NCBI GenBank assembly: GCA_020184695.1
Contig: JAANOX010000080.1
Coordinates: 1-64,000 of the forward strand
From: Histomonas meleagridis 2922-C6/04-290x
Lineage: Eukaryota > Protista > Parabasalia
Direction of reading: 5' to 3'
Length of the DNA stretch: 64,000 nt
Position numbers and translations under genes: made by a program. This document shows, in pieces, positions 31,400 through 42,172 of the stretch. The notes under the pieces were generated by a model. It was given only the letters and a program-made list of their open reading frames with translations, did no database searches and had not been told where the DNA came from. The first letter of the stretch is position 1; every line of letters begins with the position of its first letter.

Positions 31400-32263
31400 T
31401 TAAGGAGTACTTATTAAAGGATCAGTATTGACCATATCAATACCTCTTGTGTCAAGGCAAAAATCAGAAAACACAACAAATGAGAGTATTATCATTTGTC
31501 CAAATATTTCCTTTGCCACCCATGGGTAAAAATATTCGATTGAACATTCACGTAAGCCGGTATAAAGTAAGAAATAAAGCCGAGTAGCAACTCTAATTAG
31601 AAGAGCTATGATCAAAAAAATACATAATGAAATAATTAAATCTTGTGATGAATGTAAACATTGACATGAAAATATACAATGAATTTCGAGTTTAACCTTA
31701 AGAATAATTAACATCGCAATGTATAAAAACAATATAACAATATCACGAATCGTCGCAACTATGTTTTCTGCTATACTCCATTTTTCACTGTTCGGATATT
31801 GTGCTTTAAAACACACAAAAATTATAAAAAATATTATTAAACTAAATATAAATGTAATGATAACTTTTTGAACAATTTTTGATATTTTTTCATACTCACC
31901 ACCAATAAAAGAGCCGAAAAGATTACACCATGAACAAAAGATAAGTAGGTAAGAACAACTAATAATGTAACCTGGAAATAAAATAATAAAAAGTTTCCAG
32001 GAATTAAGAGCGCATGATGTTTGATATGCATAACTTTCAATTGTTGACAGAATGGCTTTTAATAGCAATGTAAATGTAAATGCGAATTTGGGTATTAAAT
32101 CAATTAGTGTCATTCGTTGTTGACTTAAAATTAATCGAATATTTTGATAAAGCGAAAGCAGAAAAATAATAAAATAACCAGCTGATAAAGCGACATGAAA
32201 CCCGAAATATAATCCCCTTGGATCACTTTCCAGACATATAATTTTTGTTGGGTCGTCTTCCAT
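31400..32263 (-). CDS. Multi-pass membrane protein (about 7 TM)
   Basis: Regularly spaced hydrophobic helices; family not identified. Confidence 0.7.
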   Translation of the reverse strand: MEDDPTKIICLESDPRGLYFGFHVALSAGYFIIFLLSLYQNIRLILSQQRMTLIDLIPKFAFTFTLLLKAILSTIESYAYQTSCALNSWKLFIILFPGYIISCSYLLIFCSWCNLFGSFIGGEYEKISKIVQKVIITFIFSLIIFFIIFVCFKAQYPNSEKWSIAENIVATIRDIVILFLYIAMLIILKVKLEIHCIFSCQCLHSSQDLIISLCIFLIIALLIRVATRLYFLLYTGLRECSIEYFYPWVAKEIFGQMIILSFVVFSDFCLDTRGIDMVNTDPLISTP

Positions 32264-32493
32264 TTGGAAACGATGAACCTAAACGGTTAAATGACTTTTT
32301 AAAACAAAACAACACGTTGAAATCTATAGTTTACTTTTTACAATATTTAATTTGTGCAAATCAATCACTCAAACTCCAATGCTTTATTCTAGATATACTA
32401 TGTTATACCTTTTTTAAAAAGATTTAAATACCCACAATGCAAGCATAAACTTTTATCTTTTAAATTTGTTTACTTTCATTATCTTTTTACAAT

Positions 32494-33614
32494 CTAACTT
32501 GTATCATCATAAAATGAATACATCGGATTTTCTACTCCAATTTGTTGGGTAGTAAACACTTTCTTTACTTCACTTCCTGGTATGAACTTTAATCCGCAGT
32601 GACAAAAGCTCTCATAATGTCCAAATAACTTTCTTATAATATTCATTTTCTTTGCTTTAAATATTTTTGCTCTTCCGAAATATATATTTGGATGATCAGA
32701 AGTTGTGAACACTTTTGCTGATTTATCAAAAGCATTTGCAGAAACAGCTACAATTTTTCCACCATAAAATACTTTTAAATTTTGTACTCCACTAAAAGCC
32801 TCTTCAAAGATTTCATTAATATCCTTTCCAAGGTGTACTGTTTCCAAACTATTACAACCCACAAATGCCTTAGAGTATATTGTTTTAATCTCTGGCAAAC
32901 ACAATTGAGTAATTCCAATACATTCATGAAATGCATATTGATAAATTATTTGATCAAATGGAAGAGTAGTGTATGTTCCATATCTTCCTGGCGGAAAGCG
33001 ATAAATTCCATTAGTTATTAAATTACGTAGAATCCCATCATTATTTAGATTAAAGAATTCAGATCCAGATGCATAAATATCATGAAGAAAAAAACATCCA
33101 TCAAATACATGGAAGTCTAAATATGTGAGTTGATCACCTAAAAAAATTTCTTTGATCTTGGTGTTAGAAAGTGCATGATCTAAAATAGATTTCACATTAT
33201 TAATATTTTCAATTTCTTCTAGTCGAGAACAAGAATCAAATGCATATTGACGTATTTCTACTATTTTATCACTACCAATAAACTTCCGAAGATTCACACA
33301 AAAACGAAAGGCTTCTTTTCCAATGACTTGAACATTTGATACTGACATATCAAATTCTCTGATTCTTTTCCATTGGTAAAAGATTTTTCACCAAGTGTAT
33401 AAACATTACTTGTTAAAACGACTTTTGTATAAACCTTTTGTTGAAACAAATTCTGTTTAATTATTTTACTTTTTACTGTTAAAACAGGTTTTGGTGGTTT
33501 TGGAGGTGGTTCTTCTTTCTTTAATTCGACTACTTCATATTCTTCACATTCTGTTCCAATATTATGTACATTTTTAACTAATACAATAGCAAAGAATAGA
33601 ATATGTAGAAACAT
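32494..33614 (-). CDS. BspA-like (TpLRR) leucine-rich-repeat protein with signal peptide; 1-nt frameshift near 33365
   Basis: IGKEAFRFC, IRQYAFDSCSRL, IYSKAFVGCNSL; the two ORFs join if ggaaaagaatc gains one A; ATG at 33614. Confidence 0.8.
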
Positions 33615-34158
33615 AGAAAATGATTTCGAAATAAAATTGTCACAACAAAAACTTTTGTTCAAATTTATTAAATTGAATGTAATGGACCACTCTCAATTTT
33701 TATGTAATGATCCTATAAAAATATATTTGAATTTTATATTAAAATTAATTATTGTTATTTATCATCATAAAAGTCTCCATTTTGAACTTGTCATAGATAT
33801 TGTGTTTAAGAATAATTCGGTAAATTAAAATCTTACTGAATGATTTAGTTTTCAAAATATATAAAGAACAAATCAAAAGGATTGCTTGACATCCTAATAA
33901 AATAACTTTATATTCAGATTAATTTGATTTCATTTTTACAGTATTATGAAATATTCTTACGTACGAGTAATAGCTTATATTAAAAGGATTTGATTTGGTA
34001 GAAGTTTTGTTTCAGCATACATGTATTATTTGTTTATGAAAATTGAAGGACGAGAGAAGAAAAAGCTTCATTTAAAAAAAATGATTCATGTGAATACTGA
34101 TTTTGAATCAATAATGATCGTATGACATTGAAACCCAGAAAACGTTCATCGAGGGTGA

Positions 34159-37100
34159 ATGGAATATCCTTCTTCCCCAAGAAGAAATTTTTCTAAGATA
34201 AACTTTCAAATTGCCCAAAACATAATTTCCCAGTCGCATTCAGATATAAAAACTTTTTTAATATCTTTTCTTGATGATCAAAATTTTGTTCAACTTTACT
34301 GTATCCTTAATTGTCTTTTACAAAAGGATATTACACTTAAGACAATTTCTACTTTAGGATGGTTTGTAAACAATGGTTTGGTTCCAACACCATTAATATA
34401 TGTATTAATTCATGAATTGATACGTATGTTAAATACTAAAGAAGGAATTCAAATCAACATATTATTTGGGAAATCTATTTTACCTAATCTTAAGAAATAT
34501 ATATTTTATTGTAAAGAACTCTTAAAAGTACCAAATTTACGAATCATGGATTCCTCATTTTATATTGAATTAAATCAAATTTTTTTAATTAGCGCAGAAA
34601 CAAGGTTTTTATTAACCAAATCGTTTTACGTTGAACCAGAATTTTCGAAAACATATTATCAAGAGGTCAAAGAAACTCCAAAAAACACTATTTGTTTCTC
34701 ACAAAAAACTGTTCCATTACGAGAGAATTTCAGTCAATCAATGAAATATGCTGAATCTCTTCCTCCTGATCAACAATTAATTTATTATGTTAACATCATC
34801 AACTACTTTGAACCGCCATACTATCAAATCTTATCCAAGTCCATGCTTAATTCAGCATGTGAATATCTTAAGTATCTATTTCATTGTTGCAAATCAATTG
34901 AGTGGGATAATTTTTCAATGCACGCCAAACTAGAAAGGCTTGGTCGGTGGATCCATAAGTTATCTATTGAGAATGGTCGTCCACCTCCTCTTTACATCTT
35001 GAACATCCCGCATCTTTTGATTGAGGCATCTCAGACTGGACTTTTGAGTTATTTTTTATCGTTTTTAATGAGTTTTCTATCGTCGTTTACACAACGGTTA
35101 TTCCTACCGCCCTGTGCATATACAACATCAATTTTACAAATTTTATCAGCTATTTCAAATTCACCACGAATTCGGACTGATGTTTTAAGTCAAATTCAAA
35201 AAATCTCTAACATATGGGAAATTGATATTAACATTTTATATCATCGCGATATCCAAATCCCATTTAATTCATTTGATTGTTATAGTTGTTTTGTAATGGA
35301 AGATGGGAAAATTACATTAAAGTCATCCAAAGATATAAAGAATGAAAAAGAAATTCTTCGAAATGAATCCGATTATATCAATTATTTTTATCATCATACA
35401 AATATAAACATTAAAAACATTAAACTTCTTCAATTAATTCAAGACATTAAACGGATCGAAAAATATTATTTTGTAATGCCAAAAGTTAACATAGTGATTA
35501 ATAATGAAGATGATATTGAACACACAAACAAATTCATTGAAACTGTATTTGATTTATCATGTTCAACTTCGCCGAAAGTATTCTCTAAATTATTTGGAGA
35601 AATTATAAATTTTTTCCCCAATTTTAATCCCATTAAAGGATTTCGCCATTATTATCCTAATGAACACATCTTAAAGTCATGTTTAAAAAGCAAAAGTTTC
35701 GACTTAAAAGAATTAAATTCGTTATTTTCCGAATTATTAACAAATCCAAACATAACCAAATATACACGAAACATAAAAACAGACTTTTTACCATTATTAA
35801 TCAATAAAGAAACTGAAAACATATTTTATTCAGTGATAAACATCACAAATTATCCATATTATAAAATCCAACAAAACAATTCATTACCGAAAATTAATAC
35901 ATTACATTATCCTTTGTTACGTTCATTTTTATTATGTGCTAAATCCAAAAATGATTTAGATCTACAATCGATTTTTATAAATAAAATGACATCAGCGAAT
36001 AGTTCACATTTCGTATCATTGTTTGTATTTGTATTATTATCATCAGTTGAACGAAATTCGCCAAAACTTCCAACGAAAATTGATTACACTGCAATAGATG
36101 TGTTATGTACTATCATTAATAAATGTTCGAATAAGATTGACAACAAAATATTAATAACAAATTGTTTCGACGCAATTAAAATGATTTCGAGTTCTGCTAT
36201 TTCATCATTTCCGTTGTCATTCTTTCGATTAATTAATGGATTGTTTAATAAACTTCATTTTCATTCCGAAAACGAATTAATTGAATTGTTAAATTTCATT
36301 GACCCTTTTAAATATCCAAAGTTTTCCAATTGTTGGTTACAATTATGTATGAACAAAAGAATTATACCAAATTTCATTAAAATTAATGAATTGTTACCTC
36401 AAAGTTTCACTTTACGATTCATTATAACTTGTATTAAGTTATGTGAATGTAATATCGAAATATTTTATTACCCAATTACTCGTATATTTTTAACACTTGT
36501 TTCGAATGCACCGATTTTTTTTATTTCATATTTGCCTTTAATTTTACAATGTTTACCTCCAAAATTTGTACAATTTCGAAATATTTTTTTAAATTTAAAC
36601 GGTCAAAAACCGCCGCTTGGAATTAACATCAAAAATTTCAGGAAAGAAAATAATGGATTTAAAGATGTTGAAAATGTTTATAATAATTTAGTTGAATCTA
36701 TAATAAAAAATAAAGAAAATGATAAATATTATATACCTGATTATATTTGGAAATATATACTTTTTGTTATTATTAAAACGACTAAAAAACGAAATCAAAA
36801 TATTCCAATTTCAAATATATCAAATGTTAAAATTTTAACAGATATTATTATGAAAGAAAATAATGAATTAAATGAATTGTTGTTTAATGTGATCATCGAT
36901 AATTTACATTATCAAACAAAATTTGTAACAAATTTATTGTTACATCTGTTCGAGAAAGTTTCGAATAACATTAAAGAATTGATTCTAACTATCTTAATTA
37001 GAAGAATGTTATGCGTTACAAGGCCACCTAAGCCTGTTTATGATGTATTTGGTGAGATAATGGAAAAATTTAATGCGGAAATTTGGATTATTATGAACGA

Positions 37101-37173
37101 AAATAATCAAAAAGAAATTTTCGAAAATGTTTTAAAAATTATAAAGCTTCCCAGCCTTAATAAAGCGCACTAA
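34159..37173 (+). CDS. Divergent CCR4-Not subunit Not1-like protein
   Basis: LERLGRWIHKL, FVQFRNIFL and LIRRMLCVTRPPKP resemble Not1 motifs. Confidence 0.55.
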   Translation: MEYPSSPRRNFSKINFQIAQNIISQSHSDIKTFLISFLDDQNFVQLYCILNCLLQKDITLKTISTLGWFVNNGLVPTPLIYVLIHELIRMLNTKEGIQINILFGKSILPNLKKYIFYCKELLKVPNLRIMDSSFYIELNQIFLISAETRFLLTKSFYVEPEFSKTYYQEVKETPKNTICFSQKTVPLRENFSQSMKYAESLPPDQQLIYYVNIINYFEPPYYQILSKSMLNSACEYLKYLFHCCKSIEWDNFSMHAKLERLGRWIHKLSIENGRPPPLYILNIPHLLIEASQTGLLSYFLSFLMSFLSSFTQRLFLPPCAYTTSILQILSAISNSPRIRTDVLSQIQKISNIWEIDINILYHRDIQIPFNSFDCYSCFVMEDGKITLKSSKDIKNEKEILRNESDYINYFYHHTNINIKNIKLLQLIQDIKRIEKYYFVMPKVNIVINNEDDIEHTNKFIETVFDLSCSTSPKVFSKLFGEIINFFPNFNPIKGFRHYYPNEHILKSCLKSKSFDLKELNSLFSELLTNPNITKYTRNIKTDFLPLLINKETENIFYSVINITNYPYYKIQQNNSLPKINTLHYPLLRSFLLCAKSKNDLDLQSIFINKMTSANSSHFVSLFVFVLLSSVERNSPKLPTKIDYTAIDVLCTIINKCSNKIDNKILITNCFDAIKMISSSAISSFPLSFFRLINGLFNKLHFHSENELIELLNFIDPFKYPKFSNCWLQLCMNKRIIPNFIKINELLPQSFTLRFIITCIKLCECNIEIFYYPITRIFLTLVSNAPIFFISYLPLILQCLPPKFVQFRNIFLNLNGQKPPLGINIKNFRKENNGFKDVENVYNNLVESIIKNKENDKYYIPDYIWKYILFVIIKTTKKRNQNIPISNISNVKILTDIIMKENNELNELLFNVIIDNLHYQTKFVTNLLLHLFEKVSNNIKELILTILIRRMLCVTRPPKPVYDVFGEIMEKFNAEIWIIMNENNQKEIFENVLKIIKLPSLNKAH

Positions 37174-37616
37174 AATTGTTGAAATAAACATAGATTAAAA
37201 TGAATTTTTGATTTGATTTTGAGATAAAAGTTTACCTGATGGCTCCACTTAGTCTTAGTGTTCGATCATGGCAAAAGTTTATTCAATAAAGTTTATTATG
37301 TATATTATTCATCAAAAATGATTATTGTCCTTTATAGATTTTGTAAAAAAAAAAACAGTTTTTGCCAAAAAAGATACCCCCTACAATGTTAGCATCAAAT
37401 TTGTTAAATTATTTAATCAAAACAAATTTCAAATTGTTTAAAAAAAGGGATTTTATTGTTGTTGTCCAAATTGATCGTTTTCTAAGTACTTAACGTGCGA
37501 ATTCACTTGGATCAACCATATCGACCAAGGGTTTTAGTGAAAATTGAGGAAAATTTTGAACGAAAGGAAAAAGAGAATTCAAAGAAAACGGTTAATCATG
37601 GCCTTCCTTATTTTTT

Positions 37617-39107
37617 ATGGCTGCTCCAACAAACTATTGTACAATCTATGCTGGAGATCTCCCTATGAACTATGAAGATCATAAGACATCTGTTACAGAA
37701 GATTTCCTTGTGAATCTTTTCGCAGAAGCCGGAAAAATTATTCAAAATGGAGTTGCCATTAAGCACCGTGAAGACCGTAATGGTCGTCCATATGCTTTTG
37801 CTTTCATCACCTTTGAAACACGTGAAATGGCTGAGAAGGCCGTTGCTGAGTTTAACTATACCAAGTTAGATGGCCAACCAATTCGTCTTTCTATTGCAGA
37901 TGCAGAAGCTTACAGGATCAGAAAGAGTGGTCTCGGTAATCTTTTCATCAAGAATCTTGATCCATCAATTGAAGTTTCACAATTACATGAAGCATTTGCT
38001 AACTTTGGTGATATTATTTCCTGCAAGATTCCAACCGACATAAACGCACAAGGGCAATTAGTTTCACGTGGTTATGGCTATGTTCAATTCCGATATGAAA
38101 AGGATGCACAACAAGCCATTACTGATCTTAAAGATGCTACTATCAATGGTCGTAATGTCCAAATTGAACCATATCGCCGTCGTCAAAAGGTCAATCCCGA
38201 AGAAACATTTACAAATGTCTACATCAAAGATCTTCCAAGCTCCATCCAAACCAATGAAGACCTTAAGAAGCTTTTCTCCGAATATGGCGAAGTCCAAAAC
38301 CCATGGCTTGTATTCAACAAAGGCAAGCCAGCCCCATATGGCTTTTGCAACATGATGACACACGAAGCTGCAGTTGAAGCTGTCAAAGGTCTTAATGGCA
38401 AAGTCATTGATGGCAGCAAAGTCTATGCAGGCCGTGCGATGAAGAAGGGCGAACGTCTTCAACACTTACGCGAGTTATCTGAGAAGTTCAGGCAAGCCAA
38501 TTATGAGAAGTATAGGGGTCGTAACCTTTATATCCGTGGCTTTGGCAAAGACGTCACTGAAGATAAGCTTAGGGATTACTTCAAACAATTTGGTGAAATA
38601 GAATCATTGACAATTATGAAAGACGATAATGGCGCATCACGTGAATTTGGCTTTGTTACTTATAAAACAGTTCAAGAAGCTGATAACTGCATCAAGGAAT
38701 CATTAATCAACTCAACATTAGACGGCAAGCAATTATACGTTGGTAAGGCACAGTCACGAGAAGAGCGTGTTAAGGCCGTACAACGCCAAAGAAGCACAAC
38801 AGCGTACCAGCACCAACACTTGTTAAGCGCAATGCCAGGCAACACAACACAATACCAAATGGCACCAGCACAGTTATCACCAATGGCCCCGTCGCAAAAC
38901 ATGATGTATCCGATGTTCCAGCAAATGATGACACCCCAAATCACAAGCGATCCAAAGCAAAGACTTAGAACTGAAGTACTTGAACTTTTGGGTAACAACG
39001 CAAACTCACAAGCAATTCTACAGAAAATACGTGAGCTTTCTGACGAACAAATTAATAACTTGTTAAATGACCAAAAATTATTGAGAGAGTGGGTTGAAAA
39101 GAAATAA
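37617..39107 (+). CDS. PABP: Polyadenylate-binding protein (4 RRM plus C-terminal MLLE-like domain)
   Basis: YAFAFITF, GNLFIKNLD, RGYGYVQF, NVYIKDL, RNLYIRGF, REFGFVTY. Confidence 0.92.
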   Translation: MAAPTNYCTIYAGDLPMNYEDHKTSVTEDFLVNLFAEAGKIIQNGVAIKHREDRNGRPYAFAFITFETREMAEKAVAEFNYTKLDGQPIRLSIADAEAYRIRKSGLGNLFIKNLDPSIEVSQLHEAFANFGDIISCKIPTDINAQGQLVSRGYGYVQFRYEKDAQQAITDLKDATINGRNVQIEPYRRRQKVNPEETFTNVYIKDLPSSIQTNEDLKKLFSEYGEVQNPWLVFNKGKPAPYGFCNMMTHEAAVEAVKGLNGKVIDGSKVYAGRAMKKGERLQHLRELSEKFRQANYEKYRGRNLYIRGFGKDVTEDKLRDYFKQFGEIESLTIMKDDNGASREFGFVTYKTVQEADNCIKESLINSTLDGKQLYVGKAQSREERVKAVQRQRSTTAYQHQHLLSAMPGNTTQYQMAPAQLSPMAPSQNMMYPMFQQMMTPQITSDPKQRLRTEVLELLGNNANSQAILQKIRELSDEQINNLLNDQKLLREWVEKK

Positions 39108-39455
39108 ATAGAGGATTCAAAAAACAAAAAAAAACAAAAGTAAAAGCAACAATTCTGCTTAAACGTTCTTTTTAAGTTTTGTGAAATGTTATATCGTTTG
39201 GGGTGCTTCGATTGATAAACTCTTCAATTTTCACAGAAAGTGTTCCACAGCGTTATGTGGGCGCAGATGTTATGCTCGAATGGTTATTCCAGTTGTGATG
39301 GAATGAATAGTAATTATGTGTAGCTTTCTTTTAAGATAATTGATTTTGTAAGATAATTATTCATATTAATTATTTATATATGAAACAAATGAGATTTTGT
39401 TGTTGGTTTTTATTATTCTAATTACAAGTATAAGGTCAGATGATTTCCTTATAAC

Positions 39456-40325
39456 TCATTTTATATTAGCAACAAAAACAGAAAGTGAAATCCCAAATAG
39501 TGCAATCTGAGTAACGCTCGAGAAATTATCAACTTCTAATACATTTTTGGATATCTTTCGAATGGAAATCGTTTCGGATGCATCTTCACTTACAAAAATC
39601 ATGTTTTTCTGACTAGGAATTGTAAATTTATGTTTGAAATCAAGCTCCCAGCGTTCGAGTTTATCTTGTTGAGGTCTTTTTGATTCAAGTTTAAGTAATG
39701 TTGTGCCATCTTCATTAAGGATATTAACATTACATTTTGGTGGTAAACCTAGAATTGATGAATCACTTACAAATCTGATGGATAAAATGGTACGGTCATT
39801 TGTATTTGGCTCCGTAAGAGTGAAATAAGAAGATTTTGGAACAAGATAGAAATCAAAATCTTTACTAAGGTGAGGATTTGAGCCTTTTTTAATTGGAATA
39901 GGATTACTAGGATGCCTTGATTTGGTTTTCGCACTGAATATAATGTCATCTTTATAGTAAAAATAGAAGAAATATGATTTACCACGTATTGAATTTTTGA
40001 TTTTGCGATGAATTGAAAATAATTGAGGTGAATAGGAAACATCCTTTGTTGGCAGAATGATGATAGCGTCCTTTTCTTCGTTTTCGTGATAATCATTTGA
40101 TTCAACAAAACTATCTGATGAGCTTTCAATGCTTCGCGGTTTTGAATTTGTTTTTTCTTTTTTAGTTGGTAAGATAGGAATCTTATTTTTAATTTCTGAA
40201 GAATCTGAATAATCATGAGATTTTTCTGAGACTGTTTGAAGTAGCTTTGGAATAGCGCTGATTGGAGAAGAACTAATGTCAGAGGTATAACTGGAATACG
40301 ATGAGAAAGAAATTCGTTTTTTCAT
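39456..40325 (-). CDS. Tubby-like C-terminal domain protein
   Basis: LESKRP...WELDFKHKFTIPSQKNMIF resembles the tubby C-terminal motif. Confidence 0.55.
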   Translation of the reverse strand: MKKRISFSSYSSYTSDISSSPISAIPKLLQTVSEKSHDYSDSSEIKNKIPILPTKKEKTNSKPRSIESSSDSFVESNDYHENEEKDAIIILPTKDVSYSPQLFSIHRKIKNSIRGKSYFFYFYYKDDIIFSAKTKSRHPSNPIPIKKGSNPHLSKDFDFYLVPKSSYFTLTEPNTNDRTILSIRFVSDSSILGLPPKCNVNILNEDGTTLLKLESKRPQQDKLERWELDFKHKFTIPSQKNMIFVSEDASETISIRKISKNVLEVDNFSSVTQIALFGISLSVFVANIK

Positions 40326-40479
40326 TGCTTAATACCTCTATTCCAAGAAAAAAAATGTTTTTGTGTTTTCATTCAGTAATTGAGATATAAATCATTTAGA
40401 AAACAAATACCAAAATAATCTAAAGAAAGAAAATTGGGATATTCTGTGAGTTTAGTTTATTAATTGTATGACTTCTTCT

Positions 40480-41829
40480 TTATATTTCTTCTTCTTTAGT
40501 TTCTTCCTTTTCTTTTTCCTCTTCTTTTATTTCTTCTTCTTTCATTTCTTCTTTTAATTCTTCTTCTTTAGTTTCCTCTTTTTCCTCTTCTTTAGTTTCA
40601 TCTTTATTTTCTTCTTTCACTTCTTCTTTCATTTCTTCTTTTATTTCTTCTTCTTTCACTTCTTCTTTTAATTCTTCTTCTTTAATTTCCTCTTTTTCTT
40701 CTTCTTTAGTTTCTTCTTTTTCCTCTTCTTTAATTTCTTCTTCTTTAGTTTCTTCTTCTTTCGTTTCTTCTTTAATTTCTTCTTCTTTGGTTTCTTCTTT
40801 TTCCTCTTCTTTTAATTCTTCTTTTTCCTCTTCTTTAGTTTCTTCTTTCATTTCTTCTTCTTTAGTTTCCTCTTTTTCTTCTTCTTTTTCAGTTTCTTCT
40901 TTAGTTTCTTCATTTTCTTCTTTCACTTCTTCTTTTTCAGTTTCTTCTTTATTTTCTTCCTTTTCTTTTTCCTCTTCTTTTATTTCTTCTTTCATTTCTT
41001 CTTTTAATTCTTCTTCTTTAGTTTCCTCTTTTTCTTCTTTCATTTCTTCTTCTTTAGTTTCCTCTTTTTCTTCTTCTTTTTCAGTTTCTTCTTTATTTTC
41101 TTCCTTTTCTTTTTCTTCTTCTTTATTTTCTTCTTTCATTTCTTCTTTTTCCTCTTCTTTCATTTCTTTTTTAATTTCTTCTTTCACTTCTTCTTTTTCA
41201 GTTTCTTCTTTATTTTCTTCCTTTTCTTTTTCCTCTTCTTTTATTTCTTCTTTCATTTCTTCTTTTAATTCTTCTTCTTTAGTTTCCTCTTTTTCTTCTT
41301 TCATTTCTTCTTTTATTTCTTCTTTTATTTCTTCTTTTATTTCTTCTTTAACTTCTTCTTTAGTTTCTTCCTTTTCTTTTTCCTCTTCTTTTATTTTTTC
41401 TTCTTTAACTTCTTCAACTTTTTCTTCTTTATTTTGTTCTTTCACTTCTTCTTTTATTATCTCATTTTCCTTTTCGCTGATTTTTTGATCTTCAAATTGA
41501 TAGAGTCCAAAATTCACAGCAAAAACTGAACTACATGTTTGTAATTTTTCGATTAGTCTTGAAAATGTTTGGTTTGTGTTAGGTTTTTTGGATCTATTTA
41601 ATTCATTTTTCGCTATCATAAACCCAAACTTTTTTGAAAATTTTGATTGTACACTTTTTGCTTTAACAAGGGTGCATGAAATAACTTTCTTCAAATTGTT
41701 GGAAATTGATTTTAAGATTTTTTGCATTTGTTGGATAAATTTTTTATAAAAAGTTTCATCGCTAGGTGAAGCTTGGCCATTATTTGATTCAAGATTTCCA
41801 AATACACAAGTTAGATAAAGAATCAGCAT
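40480..41829 (-). CDS. Signal-peptide protein with a long Glu/Lys-rich low-complexity tail
   Basis: MLILYLTCVFG start; KEE(E/T/I/M) repeats over about 330 codons; the last codons may be frameshifted (alternative end KEEVIQLIN*). Confidence 0.7.
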   Translation of the reverse strand: MLILYLTCVFGNLESNNGQASPSDETFYKKFIQQMQKILKSISNNLKKVISCTLVKAKSVQSKFSKKFGFMIAKNELNRSKKPNTNQTFSRLIEKLQTCSSVFAVNFGLYQFEDQKISEKENEIIKEEVKEQNKEEKVEEVKEEKIKEEEKEKEETKEEVKEEIKEEIKEEIKEEMKEEKEETKEEELKEEMKEEIKEEEKEKEENKEETEKEEVKEEIKKEMKEEEKEEMKEENKEEEKEKEENKEETEKEEEKEETKEEEMKEEKEETKEEELKEEMKEEIKEEEKEKEENKEETEKEEVKEENEETKEETEKEEEKEETKEEEMKEETKEEEKEELKEEEKEETKEEEIKEETKEEETKEEEIKEEEKEETKEEEKEEIKEEELKEEVKEEEIKEEMKEEVKEENKDETKEEEKEETKEEELKEEMKEEEIKEEEKEKEETKEEEI

Positions 41830-42172
41830 ACCTGTATTATTTATTATTTAGCCAGAATTCGAATTTGAAATATTTACAAAAAGTGTTATGTTTCATGAAT
41901 TTGGCAAAAATTCTGAAAGCAAATTTACCTAGAATTGTTGAATAATTTACCCCCATTTAAATTATTATTTAAAATTTCCTAAGTGCTTCTTTAAATATGT
42001 TATTTTTATCTCTTTGTAATGGGGTGAATAATATTTTTGTTTTCACTTATAAAATTTAATAGAAGTTCTTTTTTCTCAAATTTCATGCTAAGCACGTTTG
42101 CAGTTAAAAAAAGTGGAAATATGAATTGTTTACTGAATATTTTCCTGATAAATCAATGACTATATTAAATTT

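Noticed and set aside
39185-39310. GC-elevated stretch after PABP as a snoRNA or snRNA
   Set aside because: No convincing C/D, H/ACA or snRNA motifs.
40787-41488. Ser/Phe-rich ORF on the + strand
   Set aside because: Antisense shadow of the Glu/Lys repeat gene.
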